Origin: Botryllus schlosseri
Taxonomy: Eukaryota
Length of the DNA: 64,000 bases
Assembly (NCBI GenBank): GCA_051294905.1
Contig: CM119373.1
Span: forward strand, 35,278,001 to 35,342,000
Reading direction: 5' to 3'
Shown here: positions 11,648 to 23,906 of the stretch, piece by piece
Position numbering within the stretch: the first letter of the stretch is position 1
Layout: each line of letters begins with the position of its first letter
The notes under the pieces: generated by a model
The model's database searches: none
Seen by the model: the letters and a program-made list of their open reading frames with translations, nothing else
What the model was told of the DNA's origin: nothing
Made by a program: the position numbers and the translations under genes

Positions 11648-13046
11648 ATGGATGTTGTGAGTAGCTTGCCAGATGAAATGTGGTTGAAGATTCTCGAATA
11701 CCTTCCACTTCATGACCGTTTTGAATGGGTCAAACTTACGAAAAAAGGTTATTTCACCTTGCTGGAGACATATCTGCAGTCCAAGATCTCGATTTTCTCG
11801 GATGTAGTTATGTATCGAGCGATCAGTTTTTGAAAATAATCAATCGTTCGACGGACAGTGTGAGATTTTTGTCCTTACTGGACTGCGCTTGGTTTTCGAA
11901 TCAAACCTGCACCACCATGCCGAGATTGAAAAATCTTGTTACAGTGGATATATTGGGGTTCTTCTTGAGTAGCGAAGCATTACACAGTCTACTTCGTGCC
12001 ACATACTCCATAAAAAGATAGGTTCTCTCCACTACAGAACAGGTCATGACAGATTTTTGTCGGTTGCAGTCAAAATGCGGATTGTCACTTCGAGTCTTGC
12101 ATGTGAAATTTCTCCATGATCCTGAAAAACTTTATAGTTTCCAAACCACAACAGTGTTGAGGAATTTTATTAAGATATGCTGCCATTCTAAACCACACCG
12201 CTTTTCAGTTCAAACGCTCAAGCGTTTGGATCTACAAGAGTTAATAGATATATTCTGGGACGCAAAGCTCAAGATATGCAAAGTATCCACTCGAAGACAA
12301 TTGAGGGATGAATATGATCAACAATACCAAAATGACATACTAATTGCTGTTCCTTTACATCAAGATGGCTGTCCTCCTTGCTTGCGGGACGAACATTATG
12401 ATGACCTATCTTTACCTGAGGCAGTTTTTCTGAAACACAGCATTCGGAAAGTGACACATCTAGACTTGGGAAACCGTCACGCTCTTTTCAATTATGAATT
12501 CCAGGGTTTATGTACGAAATGACCATCTTTCTCAAAACTTGTTGAGCTGAACGTGTGTGGACGGGACTTCGACACTAACATGCTCCTGTTATCGATTATG
12601 GACTTGAAACAATTGTTCGTTTCGTCTTTTTCGCTCCATCTACCTTTACAATGTAAGCCGGATCCAAATCAGAATGTGATGAATTTTACGACAACTGAGA
12701 CAAAGGGCAATGATCCGAGTTGCCGATATTCAATATTTTTGTCGAAATTGGTGAAATATTTCCCAAATTTGGAAAAGCTGGAAATGAGGTATTGCATGGA
12801 TGCCCAAAAATACACTACTGTCAGTAATTTGGAAGCGATTGGGATGTTGGCCAAACTTCGGTATCTATCTCTACATAGATTTCCTTTGAACGATGTAAAT
12901 CAGCTTGCTAACATCCTCTCCAAATGCACGAATATAGCATCATTGGATCTCGGTCACTTTCAGACTGACGTTGCTTGTGAATTTTCAAATTGTTTTGGTT
13001 TGTTACGCATTCTCATTTATCTATGACTTGCCCATGATGATTTGGA
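11648..13046 (+). pseudogene. F-box/LRR pseudogene, 3'-truncated
   Basis: Frameshift in the A-run near 11740. Stops at 12019 (TAG), 12520 (TGA) and 13024 (TGA). Homology ends at gatgatttgga (13046), where hAT sequence begins. Confidence 0.9.
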
Positions 13047-13798
13047 CATCTACATACATGAGATGTTAAGGCGCATTCAAAACAAATCTGTGACTCTGGA
13101 AATGTCAACAGTACAAAGAAAATTATGCTCAATTTCCTATACTGGAGGAGAGAAAACCTAGTACCAACACTATACATTTGTAACTGTGATACGAAATTTA
13201 ACTACTGAATATTCACCCTCTTTTCCGGCATTCCTTCTCTACAAAATGAATTCTGACTATTCAGTACTCTGTTTAATGTGGATGCCAATACAATTGCCTG
13301 AAAATTTCAAACGGGCCTTTTTGAAATGCGATGCAGTTGAATTGAATGGCAAATTTTATACAAAGAGCATATCGCTGCATGACTTTGACAAAGAGTACGT
13401 TCTTGAAATTGGTCTTTATCCTAGCTTGACCAGCAATGCAAAAGAAATTGCATCGATTTTTGGACAATAGTTTTGAACAATGAAATTCACGAAGAGCAAG
13501 CTAAGATCACGTATTTCGGACGTCCGTTTTGAATAGGGTCTGATTCTTGTTTCATCTGACTTGTTACCAGAAATTGAAAGAAAACCTTTCACAAAGCAAG
13601 CTGCGTCAATTGTCACAATTATTCTGTGTCGTTGAAGTGTAAATACATGTGACTTCGGATTGGTATGATTGAGATTGCAGCAATGTAGAATAATATACCG
13701 AAGTGAGCGTAAAATATAGTACTAAGAAACAATCCGGCCCGCCAAAGATTGTACACCCGAAATTTGGCCCGCGACTAGCAAAAGGTTGCCGACCCCTG
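13047..13798 (+). mobile_element. Right end of a hAT (Buster/Charlie-type) element with degenerate transposase C-terminus
   Basis: Terminal GGTTGCCGACCCCTG ends at 13798. Translation YPSLTSNAKEIASIFG...MKFTKSKLRSRISD..LILVSSDLLPEI resembles the hAT dimerization region. No left TIR is visible. Confidence 0.75.
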
Positions 13799-16323
13799 GT
13801 GTATGATATGAGAAGGATACAAATAGGATGAGAAGTTTCATCCAAATTTTCACACCAATCCAAAAATCCAACGAATATGATTCACTGTGATCCATTTGGT
13901 AAATTTCTATCTAATTCATGGTTGCCTTGTCACTTCCATGTCTGTAATATGTTCATTACTGCATTGGCAGTAAATGAATTGGTGTTGATGTTTCCACTAT
14001 GCGATTGTATTGATTTCCACATTCAGTTCTATACATAAGATGTTACGTTGATTTTCGGTGTTATTTGCAACTGTGGTTTCTTTTTATTACTTCATATTTA
14101 AGACCTTGCCAGTTTTCACATGTATTTGGTATGATTTATTATTATTCCACTTGACGGTTTCTTGCAGTATAATCCAAACTCCTGTAGGAAATCGATATCC
14201 GCAGATCAAAATATTTGGGAACAGTGTCTTCAATTCGTGATTGTTCTGAATATTCAAGACCAAAATAGCAGTTTTTATGTATTGCTCAGGGCTGATTATT
14301 CACGGTATTAACTCTCATTCAATGCAATGTGGAAAAATTTGGCATCGAAAGCTGAAAAAAAGTTTAAAATTCTCATCTTCGGTCTCCCAGCATAATTGCT
14401 GTGTAACTTAGTACCATATTGCGTTGGTGTGATTTCATCAGTTCCTCATGCCAAATGTGAAGCACAGCATTGTCTTGTCATAGATTCCTGCAAATTACGT
14501 TATTCTATCCTATCTGAACTATCTAAAACCAGAATGATCATGTTTAAATTTAGGCATCAGTGAACCCTGTTAACATTCATTTGCTTATTCGGCCAAACTA
14601 TCTCAGTAATATATCCGCTCGCTGAAGTCATTTATGTGTACCAGAGTCGTGAGCACTTTCTACTTGAGATATATATCCAATGTCCACAGTTTCAAATAAG
14701 GATATGTATCTCTTTACTGTGTACAGGTATAAGTTATTTTGTCACGGAGCATTCTGCAATTTCTAGAGATCTCATCTTGAAAACGCATCAGACTGAGTCA
14801 TGGAAATTTATGCTCTTCACAAATGTAGTACTGCGCTATAGATTGAATCATGCACGAATCCTCCAAAATTGTGTCACTCGAACCCCAATTCAATGCAAAG
14901 ACAGTTGGTTGTAAAATTCTCTTACCTGTATCATGGCTTATGCTTTACATTGAATTGAGTTAGCTTTAAAAGGGCATATATGTCTACAATACCTTACACG
15001 GTAGCCATAATTATTTACCTACACTATGAGTGGTTTCTTTATTCATGAATCATGGATTAGCATTGTGATATCTGGTTTTCTTTGATGGTAATTGTTGACA
15101 TTGTGATATCAGTTGTTATTTTTCTTTAGTATAATTTGTTAGTGGAAGTTGGGTACGTATCTGTAGGACAACTTTGTTCTGGCTAAGTCTGTGGCATTTG
15201 CTAATCACGGATTGTTTCGACCAATGCCAAAGTGCGAGTGAAGCAGGTAAGCCATAATAATTGCGAACCCTGATAAGCAGAGCCGCCTGAACTGTAAAGT
15301 TAGCTTTATACAGCTGGGCCACGAATCGACAATGCCTGTGTTTGACCTTCCTACTCCCTATGTATATGTAGTGACACAGGACCTTATGGTCAACAGACTT
15401 CTGTTTTTCCAGTTACTTGATTTGTTCCAGTTGTTACGTAATCTCTATGACCTATCTAATCATTGCCTCTCCTCAAAGCTGGGGTCGTAGGTGTTATTTC
15501 CTTAAGGTTATGTTGAATATTTGGCTGCTGACTGCTATTGATATTATTTTTACCTTCATTGAAATATTCCAGATTCATAACCTAGATTACGGTAATAATT
15601 TTCACCTTGAGCAAAGGGGCAAAGCTGGGCACAAGGATTTGAATACTCGAATCTGAATCAAGTAAGAATGTGGATGCGATATAAGTCGGGTAGCGAAAGA
15701 TGAATTTTTTTTGAGTACTGAAATTTTACTATCCATGCCATAATGTGTTACTTTATCAACGAAAATAAAGTTTTGATACTAATTTCTAATGTTTCAGGTT
15801 AACAAGTCTTAATTTTTTGGGTCATAGCAGCATACCAAACATTGAACATGTAACGTCATGTATTACATAGCTTTAAGTTACCTCCATGTGGTGTCTAATT
15901 AGTATTACGGTACTGAAGCGTATATTCTTTGTGGTTGCATAAAAGGTTCATATTTAAACTTTCGATTTCTTTCGTACTGTGGTAACGTCACAATGAGTGA
16001 AGCTAGATTACCCGACGTGACTCAAAGGCCTAGTACTCTATTCACTCAAGTATTCGATTCTGGTTAGCCTAAGTCAAGGTAATTGTAAAAAAGTATTAGT
16101 CCAAAACGCAATTGATTGTATAATTTTGGTTTTTGCATGACTATGCCCAATAACTTACTTGTGTATGTTGATTCGGATTATAGCTTTGGATTTGATGCTT
16201 GGACTGCACACCATCGAACTATCCTTCTCCTAAAATCCCCCTTTTCCCCCAATTCAAGTAAATGGGGCACGCTGTATCATTCCAATGGTATCCCTTTTCT
16301 ACTTTCAGATGATAGTGTCAATA

Positions 16324-18200
16324 ATGGATGTTGTGAGTAGCTTGCCAGAGGAAATGTGGTTGAAGATTCTCGAATACCTTCCACTTCATGACCGTTTTGA
16401 ATGGGTCAAACTTACGAACAACAGGTTATTTCACCTTGCTGGAGACATATCTGCAGTCCAAGATCTCGATTTTCACGGCTGTAGTTACATATCGAGCGAT
16501 CAGTTTTTGAAAATAATCGATCGTTCAAAAGACAGTGTGAGATATCTTTCCGGGACTGTCCTTGGCTCTCGAATCAAATCTGCACCACCATGCCAAGATT
16601 GAGAAATCTTGTAACACTGGATATACTAGGCTGTTTCTTGAGTAGCGAAACATTGCACAGTCTACTCCGTGTTACGCACTGCCTAAAAAGGTTGGCTCTA
16701 TCCACTACGGAACGGGTCATGGGAGATTTTTGTCGGCTACAGCCAAAGTGTGGATTGTCACTTCAAGTATTGCATGTAGAATTTCTTGAAGATCCCGAAA
16801 CATTCTACAGGTTTGATTCCAGTATGGCGCTAAAGAATTTAATCAAGAATTGTTGTCATCCAAAACCACAGTGCGTGTCAGTTCAAACGACCAAGGATTG
16901 GATTCTTTTTGATTCTAGGGATATTTTCATAGAACCATATCTTGACGTTTATCGAGACTTCAGCCAATTAGTGACGAGGAAAGATTATACTGAAATGTAC
17001 CAAAATCATTTACATGTTGCCGTTGCTTTACATCAAGATGGCAGTGCTCTGACGACGGGTTGCTTAGATAAAGCCAGGGTACTTTGTTTCCCTAATTGGT
17101 TGTCAGAACTCGATTTGTTTGCAACATGTTGTTGTGAAGGACGTCCCCTCCCTAACACTCTATATGAACTTGAGTATCTGGCTTGCTCAAGCGACAATTA
17201 TCATCCTGTTCTAGGCCGTTCTGCCGAAGATGTTTTACTAAATCGTTGCATTCCTAATCTCACCCATCTAGACTTGGGTAGATGGCGGCGGTATTCTGGT
17301 GTCACCAAGGGTATATGCAGGAAATTACCTTTTTTTACAAACCTTGTTGAGCTGAATGTGTGTAGGCTGGACTGGGATGCTAACATGCTCCTATTTGCAA
17401 TTATGGGCATGAAGCATTTGAAGGGTTTGTCGTTTATGCTACATATTCCTTTACAATGTGACCATGATCCAAAGCAGAATCTAGTGAATTTTACGGCAAC
17501 TGAGACAAGGGACACAGATGCGAGTTGCAGATATTCGATATTTTTGTCAAAATTGGTGAAAACTTTCCCAGATTTTGAGAAGTTGGAAATGATGTGTAGC
17601 ATGGATGCCAGAAAATGCGTTGCTGTCAGTGATTTGGAACCGATTGGGATACTGGCCAAACTTCGTTATCTAACTCTACATAGATTTCCCTTGGACGATG
17701 TAGATCAGCTTACGAAAATCCTATCCAAGAGCACGAAAATAGGATCATTGGATCTCGGTCACTTCGAGACTGATGATGTCTGTGATTTTTCAAGGTGTTT
17801 TGCTTCATTACGCAATCTCGTTTATCTACGACTTGCACATGATGATTTGGAGTCTGTCTCAAAATTCAACGATTTGCACATGAGTAGAAATCTTCAAAGA
17901 TTAACCTTGTCTTCAAATCCCTTTTTGTCAGCAGTGTGGATCGAGTCGTTTCTGGGACCGGTCGTTGCAACGTGCGATCTGTTTTGTATGTGCCATATCA
18001 CATGTAGAAATGTGGATGCAGATATTGAAAAGGTCATTGAAAGATACCGCAATATTTGTGAATCGAAATACCGTAAAAGGGTGATATTGTCATGCAGTGA
18101 TGACCGTATCAGTCACCATCCAGTTTGTCAAAGTTGGGAGGGACTGTCATTTTCGTCCGTCGCCACATACAGCCCTTTTGACTTTCTAAAGAAACCTTGA
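16324..18200 (+). pseudogene. F-box/LRR copy with a single 4-nt frameshift, giving a 92-aa F-box ORF plus a 536-aa LRR ORF (16590-18200)
   Basis: gtgagatatctttcc at ~16538-16551 versus gtgagatttttatctttcc in paralogs. The rest of the frame is open to the normal stop. Acceptor AG at 16307-16308. Confidence 0.85.
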
Positions 18201-20100
18201 GTGGAATCATACTGCCATCATTTTTCTGTTTTGAGTTGCGTTCTTCTTGATATGTCATCAGAATGTTGTTTCCTTTAATGTGAATGTAAATCTGAATTCA
18301 TTATACGTCTTGCGTTTTTCCATATATATCAGAACGATATTGACGTTGGCGTACTATCCATGATGCCAATTGTATGACATGATTCATAATTCGAGATGGA
18401 TCAAATGTGAAGAGTAGGTAGTTGAATAGAAATTTTCACAACCCTTCACAACTGATGGAGAATATGATCCGCAATAGTTCACTTAAGGCAAATTTTTTAT
18501 TCATATGATGGTCCTGTAGCTTACATGACAAAATATGATTTACCTCATTGGCAGTTGATAGATTTATGTTGATTTTATGGTATTAACCACTATCTACATT
18601 CTACAGTATCAGCTACCAGTATCGCAGTTGTGATGTATTAAGGCAGCTATCTTCTTTCATAGATTTATGCACATAAATTTCATTCCTTGTAAAAGTGCAA
18701 GCGGTCGTTTTGTGTTGGGTGGAACACTTTAGATGTTATGGAGATCATTTGCCAGATTGAAGTCCAAATGCTGATGGCAAAGCATTGAACATTTCCTTTG
18801 TTGTTTGGATCATTGTATGTTAAGAGTCATTCATAATGGATTTTTATTTGGAATTTTTACACTGTGTGTTAGTATTGATTTTCACATTCCATTTCATACA
18901 TGAACACTGTTATGTTCAATATTTCTCTTATTTCTGGTAACACCTGTTGTTTCTGTTTCTGACTCTTTGCGTATTTGACATCTTGCTAGTTAACACATGC
19001 AATGTGAATGATGTATGATGATTCTAGCTAATAGTGCCTTGCAATATCATTAAATAGGGCATGACTTTGATTCAGCCTGAAAAACTCCTCTGACAAGACA
19101 TTACTGCTATCTCAAAATATTTGAAAATGTTGTCTTCAAATCTTGATCGTAATACTGAATATTCAAGTCACAAAATTGCAGATTCTGTGTATTGCTCGGG
19201 GGGGCTGAATTACATTGACACACTATTAGCTCTCATTAGCTTATAAGAAACACTTCAAATATGAATATCCTTTATGAAATTAAGTTCAAATACTGAGGCA
19301 AACGCAAAGAACATGGTCCACGGTATTGGTGTCACCGCAGATATGGTATTAAATAAGTTGACCATCTTGAGTGATGGAATTTTATTTGCAATGTTGGCAC
19401 CATGTTATAGTGTTGATTTCTACATTCTATTTCATTCATGAACACGGTAGTGTTAATTAGTGCTGTTATTTCAACCCGCGGCTTCTGTTTTGACTAGAAC
19501 TTTGGCGCCTTACCAGTTACTGGTATGATTCATCATTATTCTACCTGGCGGTACCTTGCAGTATTATCATGTATGGCTTGAATTTGATGTAGTCTAAAAA
19601 CTCCTATACAGTAACTAAAATGTGTCTTCAAACCGTGATCTTTCTCCTTAACATTCAAGACGTAAAATTGCAGTTTTTCTATATTGCTGGGACTGCTTAT
19701 CTACAATTTCACAGTATTAACTCTCATTCAAAGCTATGTGGAAAAATTCATAAATTACTCAGCCTAATTACTGTAAAAGTGTCGTGTGCTAATTAAGCAC
19801 CAGATTGTGTCAGTGTGATTTCATCAGTTCATCATGCCAAATGCAAAGCACCGCATTGTCTTTCGTACTTTCCTTCCCTGTGACTAATATTTTATTCATG
19901 ACTCCTGACTTAGCATTGTGATATCAAGTTTTCTTTGGTGTTAATTGTTGACATTGTGATAACGCCTATTATTTTTCTTTGTTGACAGAAGCTATTAAGT
20001 TAGATGAGTCTATGAAGGAAAACTTTCTTCTGAATTGAATAAGTCTGTGGCATTTGCTAATCAAGGATCTTTTGGTCCAGTGCCGGAGTGTTAGTAAAGC

Positions 20101-20615
20101 AGGTAAACTACATTTAATTATCGTGACTCCAGATAGGCCATTGGCCCTTGTCCTTAGGTCTACAGAGCTGCCTAGTAGTACTGCCTTATTCAGAGTATTG
20201 TAAAGTTAGCTTTGTAGAGCTGGGCTACTTGTCAGCGATGCCCGTGCTTTACCTCCCTATTGGATATTGTCACTCCCTATGTATATGTATGTAGTAGTGT
20301 AGTGTCACAGGCCGCCCTGACTTCTGTATATTCAGTTATTAAATATGTGCCAGTTCTTGTGTAATCTGTATGACCTATTTAGTCATCATCATTTAGTACA
20401 TCAGGTAAACTACATTTAATAATCGTGATTCCTGATAGCCCATTTGTCCTGTGGTCTGCCTTATTCAGATTTTCGTAAAGTTAGCTTTGTAAAGCTTGCC
20501 TGTGTTTGACCTCCCTTTGTATATGTATGTAGTGTCACAGGCCACCCGGCTTCGGTATTTTCAGTTATTAAATTCGTGCCAGTTCTTGTGTAATCTGTAT
20601 AACTTATTTAGTCAT
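20101..20615. repeat. Local imperfect tandem duplication within the spacer
   Basis: aggtaaactacatttaa...gtgtaatctgtat.ac.tatttagtcat occurs twice (about 20101-20380 and 20404-20617), the second copy shortened. Confidence 0.7.
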
Positions 20616-21482
20616 TACATGTCCTTAAAGCTGGTTCCGTAGGGGATATTTCTGTAAGGTTGTATCGAACATTTGGATACTTCTATTAATATTAGCTTTT
20701 CCACCGTTGAAATATTTCAGATGCAAAACCTAGACTACACTACTAATTTTAACCTCGAGCAGAGGTGCAGTACAATACAGGGTTAGGAACAAGGATTCCA
20801 ACATTCGAATCTGAGTCAATTAATAGTGTCAATGCGATCGAGTCGGGTAGTGAGAGATGATTTTTTTCGACTACTGAAATTTCACGATCCATGCTACTAA
20901 GAGTTATTTTATCAATGAATTTATAGTTTCGATAGTAATTTCAAATGTGGAAGGTTTCAAATCTCAATTAATCGTGTCATAGAAGTATGCTAAAGATTAA
21001 ACATGTATTACGAAGCTATAAATTACCCTCATGTGGTGTACAATTGGTATTTTATTCTTTGCGGTTGCATAGGAGGTACATACTTGGACTTTCCACATCT
21101 TTTGAACTGTTATGACATCATAATTAGCGATATTCGAATACTCGACTCGTAGCCTAGTACTCGATTCCGAATTGAATCACTCAAGTATTTGATTTTGCCC
21201 TAGTACCAAGTCAAGATGATTTTATGAAAGTATTAGTCCAAAACACACAAAATTGTACAATTTGGATTTTTGAATGACTACGCATGCTCATGAACTTGTG
21301 CGTGTTGAATTAGAGTATATAGCTTTGGATTTGATACATGGACTACGCGTTTTCGCACTAGCCTTCTATTGAAATCTACCCTCAAAATTCAAATAAGCAG
21401 TGTTCTATATATCATTCCATATCACCCTGCTATTTTTAGATGACAGTCGCAAGTTGAAGCTGTTTTTTTTAAAGATTTCATA

Positions 21483-23327
21483 ATGGATATGGTGAGCAGT
21501 TTGCCGGATGAAATGTGGTTGAAGATTTTCGAATACCTACCACTGCGCGATCGTCTTGACTGGGTCAAATTTACGAACAAACGATTTTTTCACCTTGCTG
21601 GAGACATATCTGCAGTACAAGATCTCGATTTTCACGGATGTAGTTATGTATCGAACGATCTGTTTTCGAAGATCATCAATTGTTCAAAAGACAGTGTGAG
21701 ATTTTTATCATTCCGGGACTGTCCCTGGCTCTCGAATCAAATCTGCACCACCTAGCCGAGATTGAAAAATCTTGTTACACTGGATATATTGGGGTGTTTC
21801 CTGAGCAGCGAAACATTATACAGTCTTCTTCGTGCCACTTTCTCATTAAAAAGATTGGCTCTATCCACTACGGAACGGGTCATGACAGATTTTTGTCGGT
21901 CGCAATCAAAGTGTGGATTATCGCTTCGAGTCTTGCATTTAGAATTTCTTAAAGATCCCGAAGCAGTCTTTATAGACAGTGACGACTACATGATGGTGCT
22001 ACAGAGTTTTATCAAGACTTGTTGTCATTCAAAACCACACTGCGTTTCAGTCCAAATGCTTCATATATCTCGTCTAGAAGCTTTTGAAAATATTTTGATT
22101 GGGGCAAATCTTTCCATTCAGCGAGACTGCACCCAAATAGTGAAAAAGACAAATTTTAATCAAACATACTACAATCACATAGTGACTGCAGTTGCTTTAC
22201 ATCAAGACGACAGTGCTCTGTCGTCGGATTGCTTAGATAAAGCCAGGGTACTCTGTCTTCCTACTTCGTGTAGAAATTTTGGTATGGCTTCATGTTATTG
22301 CCAAGGACGTCCCCTTCCTAACACACTTCACGAACTTGAGTATCTGATTTGCACGCAAAGTCATCATTTCTATAACTTAAATTTATCTCCTGCGTTCGTA
22401 TTGCGATTCTGCCACTATCCTAATCTCACGCACCTAGACTTGGGCAACTGGCGTCCTCCTTATTTTGGTATCATCACGGAATTATGCAGGAAATTTACAT
22501 TTTTCACAAACCTCGTTGAGCTGAATGTGCGTGGGCTGGACTTTGATTCTGACATGCTTCTAGGTGCGACTATGGGCATGAAACATTTGAAGGGTTTGTC
22601 GTTTTCACTACACGACTCGGATTTAAAGCAGAATGTGACTGAGACAATGGACACAGAAGCAAGATGCAGACACTCAATGTTTTTGTCCGAATTGGTGTCA
22701 AGTTTCCCAGGTTTGGAAAAGCTGGAAGTTGATGCCAGAAAATATGTTGCTTTATGTGATCTAAAACCAATTGCGAAGCTGGCCAAACTTCGTTATCTAT
22801 CTTTACATCGATTTCGTTTGAACAATGTAGATCACCTTGCACAGATCCTATCAAACAACAAGAATCTATCATCATTGGATCTCGGTCACTTTGAGACAGA
22901 TGTCGTCTGTGATTTTTCAGAGTGTTTTGCTTCGTTACGCCATCTCATTTACCTACGACTTGCCCATGATGATTTGGAGTCTGTATTAAAATTCAACGAT
23001 TTCCACATGAGTAGAAATCTTCAAAGATTCGCTTTGTATTCAAAGTCCACCTTGTCACCAGCTTGGATCGAGTCAATTCTGGGGCCGGTCGTAGCAACGT
23101 GCGATCTGTTTTGTATGGGACATGTCGAATGTCCAAATGATGGTGGGGATGTGGAAGAGGTCATTGCAAAGTATCGGACTATTTGTGAATTGAAATATCG
23201 TAACAACGTGATATTGTCGTGCAGTAGTGATCACTTCAGGCAACATCCAGTGTGTCAAAGTTGGCAGGGAAGGTCGTTTTCGTCTGTTGCCACATACAGC
23301 CCTTTTGACTTTCTGAAGAAGCCTTAA
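21483..23327 (+). pseudogene. F-box/LRR copy with one in-frame TAG at codon 91 (90-aa F-box peptide plus an otherwise open LRR frame)
   Basis: accaccTAGccgaga at 21753-21755 replaces accaccATGccgaga. The frame continues without stops to TAA at 23325-23327. Confidence 0.88.
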
Positions 23328-23659
23328 GTGTAAATTAACCGGTTTACTATCATATTTCTGTTTTGAATTTTGTTCAACGTCATTGAACTGCCATTTTTTG
23401 AATTAATACTTTTTGCTGTATTTCGTTTTCTCCTTCGTTTCACTGACAAATTCTCAAAACATACTCTTGTAGGCTAGTTGTACGGTATGTCGATTGGATG
23501 ACATTGTCGTAGGAGTATGGTTGCATCATGTTATTGTAAAGGACGTCACCTTCCTAACACACTACAGAAACTTGAGTATCTGATTTGCTCCCAAGAAGGT
23601 CATTGTTGCGACCTAGATGATCGAGTTTAGAAGGATTTTTTAAATGTAGTATTCCCAAG

Positions 23660-23882
23660 TGTGTCCTTGTGTAGATTTTGTGTACTAACTGTTACCTCGG
23701 ACGCTGATCATAGCGCGTGCGACTGATTGATTGCTCGTTAATTAGTTTGAATGGTGTTAGCTGATGGTCGTGGATATTGGGAGACAGAGCTCGTGTGACC
23801 CGTGTAGAGAGATGTTGCTTTGTTGTTGTTGCGTTACAGTTGTGGCACTTTTCGTTTTCATCTTTTAAATATACTTCCTACA
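23660..23882 (+). repeat. 5' LTR of the gag-only element
   Basis: TGTGTCC...TTCCTACA, direct repeat of 24714-24936. Confidence 0.95.
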
Positions 23883-23906
23883 AGCTATCGCGGCCCATCA
23901 ACGATA

